Source: Octopus sinensis (taxonomy: Eukaryota). From it: DNA of 64,000 bases. Positions 26,900 through 39,669 of the stretch are shown piece after piece. Made by a program: the position numbers and the translations under genes. The notes under the pieces were generated by a model that was given only the letters and a program-made list of their open reading frames with translations, was not told the origin of the DNA and ran no database searches. Numbering within the stretch: position 1 is the stretch's first letter; every line of letters begins with the position of its first letter. The DNA lies in NCBI RefSeq assembly GCF_006345805.1, contig NC_042998.1, positions 108,810,001-108,874,000 of the forward strand. The letters run 5' to 3'.

Positions 26900-28070
26900 G
26901 CGTGGGTATTATTCTAAGACCCTTCTAGTAGTGTCATTTGTGGTGGGCGCATTAAAATGGGATTTATATTTTGTGATAAAATATGACTCTTTGCTAGCCA
27001 ATGCGCTGATTATAGGTTGCATCGTCCCTGAATTTATATAGGGGAAAAATTCTGAAGTTAGGTTGTTCATTAGTGACGTAAATGTCGATGTGTTCGCTGA
27101 ATGCTATTTTTCCCGAATTTTGATCTGGGATCTATGTAGAGTCATCCTTTGACGTAGACTGGTTTTGATTTGGCCTTTGTATTGCTCTCGACACTCTAAG
27201 CAAGTTAATACATATATTAGGTTTTCTGAAGCACATGTAAAATTATATTTCCCTGTGAAACGTTCAATTTGTTTGCAAGACAGCTCTCATCCCTCAATTA
27301 GGTTGACGCGTATACCACAGTTAGGTCTTCCGCATTTTTTTTTACTGACGGTTTCAGTAATTTTGTTGAGTGTACTTGGACTTGTGTTAGGAGACTTTCC
27401 ATAGATTTGGGCTGTCTTTTTCTCTTTATGATGGTGTGTGTTTGGAGGATTAAATTCATTCTGTGGTCTCTTTTTAGTAGGGGAATGTTGTGGGGGATGC
27501 TGTCGAAGGCTTCATTGTTAAGCGGGTTGTGTGTGGAGATGTATGGTAGGGCTTTTGGTTGTAAATCTTTAGTTTGGGATGTCTGAGTTCGTGGATATTG
27601 AGTTGTAGAGCACGTTGAAAGCCTATATCAATTAGTGATGCTGGGTATTTCCTGGTATGAACGTATCCTTTAGTTCATGTGGTCGTGTGTCCCTGGTGTC
27701 TGTATTCGAAACTATAGTACAAATTCTTTTTGCTAGGTTGAAAGAGATATTCATTCTTGTGTGTCTGGGCATGAGTTGAACGGTAGATATTGCTTGGATT
27801 TCCGTGGGCTTATAGTATATATGTTTCTATTAAGTAGTTGGATTTCGTAATGAGCATGCCGAAGAATGGAAGTTGTTGAAAGCTATATTCCATTGTAAAT
27901 TGAATGTTTATGTCAAGTCCATTTATAAGTACTTGAAATTCTTTATGGTTTTCTCTATACTTTCATGCCAAAGAATGAAACATTCATCCATATATTCTTC
28001 CAGGTATTTTCTATGTAGAGTGAGTATGGGTTGCCGTATTTTTCTACTAGCTTATGATAAAGACTGATTT
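26900..28070 (-). mobile_element. Penelope-like element ORF relic (RT C-terminus plus GIY-YIG endonuclease)
   Basis: Minus-strand fragments read YMDECFILW, INIQFTMEYSFQQLPFFG, YYKPT, ISFNLAKRICTIVS, then CGRPNCG...NLIYVLTCLECREQYKGQIKTSLRQRMTLHRSQIK (GIY-YIG with CxxC). Frameshifted. Confidence 0.85.
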
Positions 28071-28368
28071 ATATATATAAAGGGACATCTTTTATAAATG
28101 GCATAAATAATATAATTGCATATGTACGTGTTTGTCCATCTTTCATCTCTTTATTACACACCCGAGCTATGCATTTCTCATAGCCACCTCTTGTTCCACG
28201 GAATTACTTTTACACTGAATAGGGGAATGTATTATATTAGAGCCCTTTAACTTTTATTTGTAGCAAATTAGGTGTTTTCTAACACCCTAGTCACATTTAG
28301 TGACAATTATAATTCTCCCTTTTGGTGAAACACTTCAAACTGCTGTTTATATATATATGTATATATAT

Positions 28369-28442
<74 letters not shown>

Positions 28443-28469
28443 CACACACACACACACACATATATTATA

Positions 28470-28509
<40 letters not shown>

Positions 28510-28584
28510 ATGTAACCACATATGAATCGTTGGTGATTTTTTTCTTCCGTCTTCCTTTTCTCTTTGACTTTCCTCTGTGTCCTG

Positions 28585-28700
28585 TTTCCGAAGGAGAGCT
28601 TTGCTCAAAACGTAAAACTTTCTTTCCTTCCCTGAGCGTCTGCTAATACTTTGCATGTACCACGTCCTCACGTTGTCGTTTTTCCTTGTTTTTTCTTAGT
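28585..28700 (+). mobile_element. Penelope-pLTR-like short repeat with a decayed hammerhead (same family as 10.9 kb)
   Basis: TTTCCGAAGGAGAGCTTTGCTCAAAACGTAAAA, followed by sequence homologous to the reverse complement of 10826-10920. Confidence 0.5.
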
Positions 28701-28707
28701 TTTTGTA

Positions 28708-29539
28708 TCTGTATATATATAAGGCAAGATGTGTGTGTATGTGTGTGTATGTGCGTGTGTACGTGATTGTAGATTATGCACATCCACAAATTATCACGCA
28801 TGTCGCTCAAATTTTAGGAGGACATTCGAAACATCCTATCTGCGTTTTTTCAACTTATTTTTTTCCCGAGGCACCCGCAGATAGCGGTAAAATTCTATTT
28901 TCAGCCATAGCTTTTAGCCATAAAAATATCAGCCATAGCTTTTTGACGGCGTCTAAAAAAAAAGAAAGAAAAGTGGAAGAGGGGCAGAGAGTTTCACGGG
29001 AAAGACAAAGTGAGAGAGAGAGAGAGAGAGAGAGTAAGTGACGACGTTCATAAAAAATATCAGCCATAGCTTTTTGACGGCGCCTAACAAAAAAAATAAG
29101 ATGAAGTAAAGTGGAAGAGAGTTTCACGGCGTCTAAACAAAGAAAGGGAAAGACAAAGTGAGAGATAGAGAGAGGAAGAGAGAGAGTAAGTGACGATGTT
29201 CAGAAAAAATTAAATGTAAAATGTTTTGTTTTTTTCTTAAACACGGGATATAGTGTTCAAATTCAGGATGTTTTTGAAAGACACTATATTTTGTAATCAT
29301 AGTATATATATATACTTTCTCACACAACAATTACTATATATTTATTTTAAATCGTTCATCTTTCCCCCTCTCTCTCTCACACACATTACTTTGGGTGCGA
29401 AAGAGTTTTGTCTTTATTTTACGCCGAGTAAAACAGTGTTTTTTTGAGAGTCGATATTAGTTAGTTTGGTTTGAAATAAAGAACTTGATTAGCTTAATAA
29501 TCGTAACTTAATCTCGGGCAAGCCGGGTTATACTGCTAG
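28708..29539 (+). mobile_element. Non-autonomous Helitron-like element
   Basis: 5' end A|TCTGTATATATATAA followed by (GT)n. The 3' end has a GC-rich hairpin CTCGGGCAAGCCGGG (29513-29527) and CTAG at 29536-29539. An internal ~130-bp segment is duplicated (about 28920-29050 and 29050-29200). Confidence 0.7.
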
Positions 29540-29557
29540 CTAACGATATATATATAT

Positions 29558-29589
<32 letters not shown>

Positions 29590-31366
29590 CCGCACGAATC
29601 TCCTTGGATTCTGATAGTATCTGTGTGTGTGTGGGTGTGTATGTGTGTGTGTGTATGTGTGTGTGTATGTGTGTGTGTATGTGTGTGTGTGTGTGTGTGT
29701 GTGCATGATATTTGTCTATTTGTATGTTGGTTAACTCTATCTCTGTTGAAACTCATAATGACATCTTGTAAGCAGAAGTTCAAGTATAATTTTAATTATA
29801 ACCAAAGTGTTTTTATATTGATCTCATGAAATAAGTAAAATGAATATAGCCGTTATTCAAGTGAAAGCTAAGCCTACCGGATATTTCTTTACTTTTTACC
29901 ACCTCGCTGTATAATTGTAGCCTTGCTACATATAATTACGCAGATACGTTGTATAGTTGACTGGAAAGGTCGCTATAGATATTTTGCAATTATAGTAAGC
30001 TGGGTGGTAGACTTAATCCAGCAGGTGATTCAACACCATCACTTGGTACTTGGGTCTCTAATATAGCGTTCTGTCTGTTGCAGGCATTCGTGTCTAGGGT
30101 CTGGCGTGAGAAATGCTTCTGACTTTCTACCCAGTTGCGGAGGTAGAAATAAGTGTTATGGAGTCTCCTTCCTTGTCGTCACCTTTAGTGATTTGAATTC
30201 AGGTCTATGAAAATCAAAGTTTCTGCTGAAATCTCTTTCACTCAGTTATTTATCAGTTCTCTGGCTCCATTGCTCTTTGAATTAAAAAATAATCCGAATA
30301 CTTAATGGTAGATAAAAATAATAATAATAAATAAATAAAAGAGAGATCATTAAATTAAATTTCTCTGAAATATGTTTTCCATCTCTGTTAAAGGTACTGA
30401 TGGACTGAGTAAGGGAGTTTGGTAACATAGTTCAATAAAGCATCAACAATCAAATATATCTCTCACCCGAAAGACTGATTGAGGAGAATTCGGTTTCATA
30501 AGTCTAGAGGGCTTAGTAGTTGTGATTAGAAGTGCGATAATTTAAAAGCAAGGTAGTGATCGAATGAGGGATTTGCAAAGTAATGAAATATTTCAGATAT
30601 AGAAACAATATTACATAGTTGAGTGTACTTTAGTTTTTGTAAAGGACCAATTCTGAATTTGACATCGCTTTGTTTAAGGTTTTGATTTAAAAGTAACTAG
30701 AAAATTGATATTCTGTCCTCATATAACTCTGCCATAAAAACTCATTGAAACTCATTCCTCTGTAATCCTCTGTAATCCCCTACCTGTCACTCTGCATCAA
30801 AAGAAAGATCAATAAAGCACGAACAAAATGAGTCGTCAGGAAAGAAAAAGTACGTACATTTCTGAAATAACTAGAAGTACTGGAAAACAAGCTAAAGAGA
30901 AATATGAACGTGTTTAGGAAATAGGGTTAACGAATTTTATGATGAGAGATGGTTTTGTGGTACTTGAGGAGTGGTACTTGAGGAGTTGTGTAATACAATG
31001 GCATATGTGTAATACAATGGTACAGTTGTCCGGTACAGACAGAAAACTGATACCAGGAGAGAAATCTGTTACTGTAGCAATATTAGATGTTACTTTTGAA
31101 GGAGAACAATGAATTTGATATTGAAGAAAATACAATCCAACCATGCAGAAGGACTTGCAAGTTGAGTGAGCTAGGTAGAGTTAAGCTGGTTATATTAATG
31201 AACTTATATAACGGAATTTCTATATAAGAGTATAGGTAGATTTATAAATGCATGCTTGCACATTGTCACGCGCATAAATATATAAATTTATGTATATGTG
31301 ATAAAAATATGAAATAGCTATTTAATCCACAGATTATATATTTGCATACATCTTAATATGTACATG

Positions 31367-31406
<40 letters not shown>

Positions 31407-32968
31407 CTTGAGAGTGTATGTAAATGCAGTTGTACATATATGTATATATATAGGCTCGAACACATATATATGTGTGCGCGCGTGTATGTGTGTGTATGTA
31501 AGTACACACACACACACTTATAAAGGGAATACGTTTGTATGTTTGCAAGTGTCTGAATACACATGGCTGCATATCTGCATGTAGCTCAATGTGTGTATGT
31601 ACATACATACATACATACATACATACTACATACATACATACATACATAAATACATACATACTGTGTGTATATGATACATATTAAGTATATATGTGTATTG
31701 ATATCTTATTCTTTCCTAAATTTGTTTTCAAAAGTCACAAAAGAAAGAATTTTAAATTCTCAGTATTTCTATGAAGTCAATGGTTAGTGGTAGTCGTGGA
31801 ACCATTAGCATATAAAGCACAATGTTGTCTTATTCTGTGTCGCGCAGAAACGTATAGTATCAGAATCGATGTTAGCTTTGTCTTTCAGCGTTTCAGTGTC
31901 CATACCATATATTCCAATACTTTTCTGATTTCAAGCCGATCGTCACGTGTCTCGTGAAGGGAGCTCGGTATTATTATATACAGTAAAGTAAAGATTATTT
32001 GTCAACATAATGTGGCAGTCCTGGATGGTACGAAATAACAATGCTTAGTAAATTTCCCACAAAATCAATCATCTGCGATTCAGCAATGCACTTTCTAAAT
32101 GAAACAATTTCATTTCAAGTGCGATATCTTTCTTTGCCATCATCCCTTTTTATGACGATTGAGATAGGACTTTTGTAGGGAGATGAAGAGGACATGTTCA
32201 CTTGTATATTAAGGACAAGATACGTGTGTGTGGTGAGTATGTGTACGTGTGCGCATGCGTGCATGTCTTGGCTGTGGACAGCAGCAGTCCAGCTCCTGAT
32301 ATGTGAGTATTACTATAAGACTCGCTCTTATATTCAATCAGTAACTAATTAGAACTAAACTATTTCCTAGGTTTGAAAATTAAATGTATGCTTAAATGGA
32401 AAAATAATCTGAAGACCAACTCACATTTTACTGTTTGTCGGTCTTGAGTAGAGAGAACATAATATTGTTAGTGTTGTTAGCCAAGAACATCCTGCCTTTA
32501 TACCGGACTACAATATTCAAGTTTCTTCGCGCACATTTTAATTGATTTCCGTGGTATATATATACTGACATTTTAGCTGAAGATTCTTCTTAAATTATTG
32601 TTAACTGACATTCCATTGTTTCAATGTGATTACTGAATTTAAAATATAACTCGTTAAAACATGAATGTCACATTACTGACGTATACTCGTTGTAAAAAAA
32701 AAGCCCTTCTGTCTATGCAACTTCATTTTCAAAATACGCATGTGAAAAGGAAACGTATTTACTCACAGCACGGATGGGATTTGAACGAAGTTTGATGCTA
32801 GCAAATGGACACTTCGACTCCTGCTATTTCTTTAGTTCGTCTCGGATGTGTGCAAATATATATTGAGAGTGTATGTAAGTGTATATGTAAGTATATATGC
32901 GTATGCATATCTCTGTGTTTCGTTTATGTATGTAAGTATGTATGTATGTATGTATGTATGTATGTATG

Positions 32969-32999
<31 letters not shown>

Positions 33000-33694
33000 C
33001 ACTCGACATGACTTTGAAAGCTAGATAATTATTCTAACAATGATTAGAGAAAAAAATGGGGATATGAAATTGGGAATTTTCAGTAGATTATTTGTTACCT
33101 GAAAATCAAAGACATACAGTTTTTTAATATAGTTTATTTAATTAATTAATTTATTAATTTTTCCAATTGGATGGAAGAGTAATGTAAGAGGAAAGAAAGT
33201 GATATGAACGGATGTTAATAATTTGTAGTGACTGGAGTCTAGAAGAATGGCCAATATGAAAACGTTATTCTATATGAAAGAATGACTGAAGAAACAGAAA
33301 TATACATGAAATAGGTACTGAAAGGAGAATTTGTCAATGTAATTTAATGACTATACTTTTCGGATAAAGTAATGAGACATTATTATAAGAATAATGTTAG
33401 AAACAATGATATGAATGTTGTAGAAACGTAACAGCATTCATTGTAAATTGTGAACTAGTTATCATGGTAAACTACTGCTTGGTTGGAAAATGGTGTAACT
33501 TGCCCTGTGCACATGATCCGGTTTCGATTAAACACTATAGAGCATCATCCCAGTTTTGTTTCAACTCTTTCACTGCACCAATATAAGACAAAATAATCAA
33601 GAACGAAAAAGCCACGTGTGTATGTATGCGCATATGAAAAACAATGTATTTCCAACACCCACACAAACTCACATATATTATCTTTTTTACTATA

Positions 33695-33840
33695 GACACA
33701 AAGCCTGAAATTTCGTGGGGAGGGGCTTAGTCGATTATATTGACTCCAGTACACGAATGGTCGTTATTTCATAGAATCCTGAAATGAAGAAAGGCAAAGT
33801 CGATTTTGGCGGGTGAAGTTTGGACTCAGAACGTAACACA
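33695..33840 (-). mobile_element. tRNA-derived SINE family B fragment (diverged)
   Basis: AAGCCTGAAATTT...GAAAGGCAAAGTCGA...GACTCAGAACGTAA matches family B copies. Confidence 0.65.
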
Positions 33841-34808
33841 CATATATAATATGAATACATGTACACACGCAGACACCCAGATACCCAGACAGACATACTT
33901 ACACGTACACATATTCGCGCACGCACTATACATTCACATTGTTAGTAAAAATGAAAAGAATCAGGATTTCAATAATTTTAAGTTTTAGTTATTGAATTAA
34001 AAACTCCTCATAACTGGCATTCGAAAAATATTTATATATATAGTATTAGATATGGATAAAAAAAAGTAAAGAGATTGTTGGGGAGACACAGGAGAAAGAA
34101 GGGATGGGGGAACGAAAGAGTAATATTAACGGCAAAAGAAACAGATGGGCGAATATTGAAAGTAACACGACAGATTCTAATATCGGAAAAAAGCTGTCAA
34201 GATTTAAGAAACTAAAGTGTATTGATAAAGTTGTATATTCGATACCAAAGACATTGTTTAAAGTATCTGAAAGTTATACAGCATTTACGTGATATATACA
34301 AACACAGGAGAAATTCATTAGAAAATTATTATTTCGGAAACTCCATTTTGGCAAGGTTTTTTGGAATGGAAGCAAAGATTAGCCATTTATATAGGTTTTA
34401 TTCAATTGATTTCAAAGTTTGTGATGTTAGATTTGAAACTACGATTGAACTTTAAATAGGGGTGTCAAAATGTCTCATGTTGGCCGAATTATTTAAATTG
34501 TTGATAATAGTGTGCTTTGAGTTCTCGCCTACGATAGTAGCGACATGAAAACCCAGTTATGAGATGAATATTACATTTTATCGCCTTAAAAAAATGGGAT
34601 AGTCAAGCCTCGAGTGTCTTTAGTCATAGTTCAACTTGATCAGGGCCGTTCTTTGGAATAATGAGCATCAGCAGTCAGAACAATAACAACACAACAACAT
34701 TAACGCCATCAAAAACAAAGCCATATGTATAAAAGAATCGAAACTGATGAAATTGGGAGAGCTTTGGTAATGTAGAAATGTATACATAGTTACTTATTTG
34801 AAAAATAA

Positions 34809-34941
34809 ATATCTACTAATAATATGGGAATTATCTTTATTTATTTTCTTCTAGCATTTCATGGTTGTTTAGTTTGAGTTACTGCCTTACACTGTGGTCT
34901 GCCCATATTTTCTAAATGTAGTTAAGACTACATAGTGTATA
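34809..34941 (+). repeat. 133-bp segment, inverted near-identical copy of 37421-37553
   Basis: Reverse complement of 37421-37553 with one mismatch seen. It is the flank of the 37.4 kb hammerhead element. Confidence 0.9.
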
Positions 34942-35124
34942 ATTCTGTGCAATCGCTACTACATCTTAAGAGGAAAGGATGCTTGGAAAGTGATTTAGCT
35001 GTTACTACAGAGTTATTACGTAGTCTTCACACTTCACCCTTGTCTTAGACTAAAGTCAATTCTTGGTTGCTGAAATTTATTTATCATTTAACGTATTGCT
35101 TTCATTGTACGCTCTTGTGGTATT

Positions 35125-35530
35125 CTTTTACTCTTTCACTTGTTTCAGTCATTTGACTGTGGCCATGCTAGAACACCGCCTTTAGTGGAGCAAATCGACC
35201 CCAGCACTTATTCTTTATAAGCCAAGTACTTATTCTATCGGTCTCTTTTGCCGAACCGCTAAGTTACGGGGACGTAAACACACTAGCATCGGTTGTCAAA
35301 CGATGTTGGGGGGGGGGGGACAAACACAGACACAAACATACACACATGCACACACATACATACATACATACATACATACATGTTTCCGTCTACCAAATCC
35401 ACTCACAAGGCTTTGATCGGCCCGCTGCTATAGTAGGAGACACTTGCCCAAGGTGCCACGCAGTAGGACTGAACCCGGAACCATGTGGTTGGTTAGCAAG
35501 CTACTTACCACATAGCCACTCCTACGCCTC
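35125..35530 (-). mobile_element. tRNA-derived SINE family A, full length
   Basis: Reverse complement of the 4796-4960 and 5640-5850 halves, with an internal (CATA)n tract. Confidence 0.88.
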
Positions 35531-35565
35531 CACTTCAGAATGATAATAAAGCTAGCAAACATGAC

Positions 35566-36305
35566 TACCCCAAATATATCCAAATATATCCAAAATAGAA
35601 TTTCTCTAGCACAACTCGAGACACGTGCGATTCGAACCGAAAAGCTCTCGTAAAGTGAGAGAGTCCGAAAGTAAATACTATTAAATTAACATCTAATATA
35701 GGATAGAATTTTTCGAAAAAAAATCTATCAATGGCCAGCATATTAAAAAATACCTTTAAAGGTTAAATTTATAAACAAATTATAAGTAATGGCAAAAGAA
35801 GATTTTTTTCGAAAAATTCTGTCCTATATTAGATGTTAATTTAATAGTGTTAACTTCTGGACTCTCACTTTACGAGAGCTTTTCGGTTCGAATCGCACGT
35901 GTCTCGAGGTGTGCTAGAGAATTTCTATTTTGGATATATTTGGGGTACTTAGTTGTGCTCATGGCTTAGTGCTCGCTTCTTCCATGGGTATGAGTAACTA
36001 TTTCACGTATTTCTTTACCGCATTTATCACTGATGAAGGGAAGTTTCTTATGAACTAACTCTGAAATCGGGTCCGATATGGTAATAACGGAATTTTTTAG
36101 AAATTTCTGCCGGCTATCTTTGAAACACGTGATTGTAGTGATAAATTACATGGTTATCGACATAGTGTCTATTTTCGGCATATTATGGCATTCGAAAATT
36201 TTCCTTTTGCCCTTACTTATAAATTATTTATAAATTTAACCTTTAAAGCTATTTTTTAATATGCTGGCCATTGATAGAATTTTTTCGAAAAATTCTATCC
36301 TATAT

Positions 36306-36307
<2 letters not shown>
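35566..36307. mobile_element. 476-nt terminally redundant hammerhead unit preceded by an inverted partial copy
   Basis: TTTTTTCGAAAAATTCT(G/A)TCCTATATTA occurs at about 35804 and 36280 (period 476). Segment 35566-35800 is the reverse complement of (unit 3' end + unit 5' start). Confidence 0.8.
36025..36078 (+). ncRNA. Type I hammerhead ribozyme motif
   Basis: TATCA-CTGATGA-AGGG...CTCT-GAAA-TCGGG-TC-CGATA. The core is intact, the triplet is GUC, and the core-proximal stem I pair is an A-C mismatch. Confidence 0.7.
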
Positions 36308-36354
<47 letters not shown>

Positions 36355-36448
36355 ATAGGGAAAGTTCATGAATAAAACCAAAGACGAAGACAGGTGGTGT
36401 ACAAAACAAACAGATGTATTAGTATAACGCTCAGGAATAGAAAAAGTC

Positions 36449-36480
36449 TTTTACGTTTCGAGCCTACTCTCTTCTACAGA
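36449..36480 (-). ncRNA. Minimal type I hammerhead motif with one core substitution
   Basis: Minus strand: TTT-CTGTAGA-A GAG TAGG CTC-GAAA-CG-TA-AAA, where the core reads CTGTAGA instead of CTGANGA. Confidence 0.55.
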
Positions 36481-36546
36481 AAGGACACAGAAAAAAACTA
36501 GGAGAGAACAAAAATGTGTGTAGTGGCTACCGATCTATCATGGCGA

Positions 36547-36639
<93 letters not shown>

Positions 36640-36650
36640 TTACATATACA

Positions 36651-37268
36651 GAAGGAACCATGATGGTCCTCAGCCGTCTGGATTATTGCTTTCAGCTTTG
36701 ATCACCTAACATTGTAAAGTTAACGGCGGATCTTGAAGCAATTCAGCGAAGCTTCACAAAGAAGATCGTATCATTCCAACAGCTCAGCTATCGAGAAACG
36801 CTGAAACAACTAACACTCTACACGCTGGAGCGAAGGCGGGAGTTGTATGCTGTAATATATAGCTGGAAGATCCTGGTAGGTACTGTGCCATATTTTGACA
36901 TTGAAAGCTACACAAATGCCGGAACGAGTCGACACTGCATGGTATAAAAGATCCCAACAATGTCATCGGGCTTCAGAGCCAGTTACTGCAACAGCCTGGG
37001 GTTCAGGGGCCCACAGCTTTTAAAACATTCTTCCAAAGAGCCTGGGGGACCTATGCAAATGGACAGAGGGGGCTTCAAACCAAAACTGGATCTGTTACTG
37101 CCGAGAGTCCCAGATGAACCTACCTCGCGGCAAGAGGTACAAATGAGGGTAGCGACATCAAACTCTCTTATTCACCAAATGTTACATATTAGAGGAGGTC
37201 CTCAATCATAATACTGTGCAAAAACGGTGTTGCCCCAGAATGGCCACAGCTCTGAGCTGAAACTAAAA
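36651..37268 (+). mobile_element. CR1/L2-group LINE 3' fragment, copy 1
   Basis: Fragments translate TMMVLSRLDYCFQL, LEAIQRSFTKKI, YTLERRRELY and LDLLLPRVPDEPT. Homologous to 40540-41305. Confidence 0.8.
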
Positions 37269-37372
37269 AAATATATATGCATATATATCTATATGTGTAT
37301 ATATATGTATATATATGTATATATATGTATATATATATACTTTATTTAAAGCAGCAGAAAATTCAACAAAAT

Positions 37373-37410
37373 CTGTTACTCTGAGTTTCTCATTGCCGTT
37401 CATCAGACAG
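37373..37410 (-). ncRNA. Type I hammerhead ribozyme motif
   Basis: Minus strand: CTGT-CTGATGA-A CG GCAA TG A-GAAA-CTCAGAG-TA-ACAG. Stem I is perfect, stem III (ACTCAGAGT) is near-palindromic, the triplet is GUA, and stem II is weak. Confidence 0.7.
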
Positions 37411-37549
37411 TTTTTGCTAATATACACTATGTAGTCTTGACTACATTTAGAAAATATGGGCAGACCACAGTGTAAGGCAGTAACTCAAACTAAACAACCA
37501 TGAAATGCTAGAAGAAAATAAATAAAGATAATTCCCATATTATTAGTAG

Positions 37550-37582
<33 letters not shown>

Positions 37583-37866
37583 TATACATATATAAATAGA
37601 TGAGTGTATTTTTACCTTGTTAACAATTAACACGGAAAAAATAAATAAATGGTTACCAGGGCAGCAAAAATCTCACAAGTAAAAGTGTTGTAACTCCTTG
37701 TTTATAAAGGTAGAAACTTCGTGTTTACATTGAATATTTTGAATAATATGAATAAAAAAATGGAGTTAACGCAGGTGTAATCAAATATTTTTATTCATAT
37801 ATATATACATATATACATATATATGTAAATATATATGTGTATGTATATATGTGTATATAAATATAT

Positions 37867-38281
37867 GTAAAGTATACTAGCCATCTCAATATGGTTAACC
37901 ACTAAGGGTGGGTGTTACTGTAGCTTTTAGCCCCCAGGAGATCATCGTCTCCAGCTGGCTTTACGCACACTTTCTGTGCCCTTATGATATTTGCAAAGGG
38001 AGGTCATCCCTCTCTCGTAAACCTAAGCGATACGCACGGACTGCAGTTTCGATGTATTTGCCTCTTGTCAATGTACGGTAATCACCAGTTTTCGATGAAG
38101 AGAGACCTGTTTGCAAATATCTATTTAAGGTTTTCCCCAGTAACTACTGTCACTGATTTCGAAAAACTGTCTGCAAGCAATAATAAATCTCTGAACGAGA
38201 TGTAAACAGTAACCGCTCGACAACGTAAAGTATACTAGCCATCTCAATATGGTTAACCACTAAGGGTGGGTGTTACTGTAG
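37867..38281 (-). mobile_element. 358-nt terminally redundant hammerhead-containing unit, copy 2
   Basis: Exact 57-bp direct repeats at 37867-37923 and 38225-38281 (period 358). A decayed hammerhead lies at 38033-38078 (TTGACAA-GAGG CAAATA CATC-GAAA-CTGCAG-TC-CGTGCG). Confidence 0.8.
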
Positions 38282-38284
38282 GTC

Positions 38285-38540
38285 CGGTAGGTGTTGGTTG
38301 CGAATCCTGCTGTACTTTTTCACCACAACTTTCTCTCACTCTTTTTTCCTGTCTCTGTTGTACCTGTATTTTAAAGGGCCAGCCTTGTCACACTTTGTGT
38401 TACACTGAATCTCCCCGAGAACTACGTTAGGGGTACACGTATCTGTGAACTTCTCAGCCACTTGCACGTTAATTCTACGAGCAGGCTGTTCCGTTGATCG
38501 GATCAACTGGAACCCTCGTCGTCGTAACCGACGGAGTGCC
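38285..38540 (+). mobile_element. 5'-truncated mosaic SINE (family D-like middle, family C 3' half)
   Basis: 38295-38345 resembles the middle of SINE D (CCTGCTGTACT...AACTTTCT). 38370-38540 matches the 3' half of SINE C. Confidence 0.65.
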
Positions 38541-38595
38541 TCGATATATGTATGTATATACATATACATATATATATATATATATATAATATATA

Positions 38596-38677
<82 letters not shown>

Positions 38678-39519
38678 GTATGTGTGTATATGTATATATA
38701 TGTTATTATATATAAGTATAAGATATAAACTCAAATAGGCAATCATACTCATACATTTATAAGTTAGACTTAAATGTGCAAACATATATTTATACCTATC
38801 GACACATAAATATTTTTAAAAATATTCATAAAATATAAATACATACATAAATAGACATAAAAATACATGTAAATAAAACTCATGTGGGCTACGTATGGAA
38901 GGAAATGTAAAAAAAAAAGATAACTGATAAAAAGAAGACGGGAAAAAATTTCTTTTGTACTGAAGCGGTTAAGAGTTTCCATTAAAACATCCATAGAATT
39001 TGGTGTGCGTGTGATTTTAAAAAATATAGATGGTACATAAGGTATGTAATGCAGATCGAGGAGGGTCAGTTCAACGCCCGTTTCTAGAGCGCATGTACCG
39101 GTAGAAAAATCAATTAATCTTACAAACCATGTGGACAACGTCCCATTCATCAGGAAAGGTATCCTCATAAAATTGCATTCTGGATACTTATGATTCTTAC
39201 AGAAAGATGGATATATATAAAAAAGATTTTTTTCCCTACGTATGCAAAATAATGGAGAGTAGGGGATGGTAGGGCAAGTACATTAACCTATTAAGACTTA
39301 ATTCTGATTTAAAACAGTACAATGACATTTTCATTGTACTAAGAGCTAAGAGGTATCACGTTGCAGGCACTCTTCCAAATACTCCAATATGTTTAGTTCT
39401 ATAATTTTTCAAGAAAGTGGAATGGAATTTATGAATACACGAGGGAATCGCATCAGAGAATTTATTTAGTTGATGAGTTTTTGTACTTAATTTTAATAAA
39501 GGAATTTAAATGAGCTCAT

Positions 39520-39544
39520 TTAACTTAAATACATACATACCTAC

Positions 39545-39624
<80 letters not shown>

Positions 39625-39634
39625 GATATATGTA

Positions 39635-39669
<35 letters not shown>

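Noticed and set aside
30828-31150. Short open frames and small tandem duplications (GTGGTACTTGAGGA x2; TGTGTAATACAATGG x2)
   Set aside because: No recognisable domain; most likely local slippage duplications in decayed sequence.
33495-33555. Possible hammerhead remnant (minus strand GAAACCGGATC)
   Set aside because: No intact CTGANGA and no stem I partner found.
37867-38281. 57-bp direct repeats read as a CRISPR array, an LTR pair or a TSD
   Set aside because: Only two repeats in a eukaryotic context, no TG...CA ends or PBS, and too long for a TSD. The shared 358-nt period with the 12.3 kb copy favours terminal redundancy.
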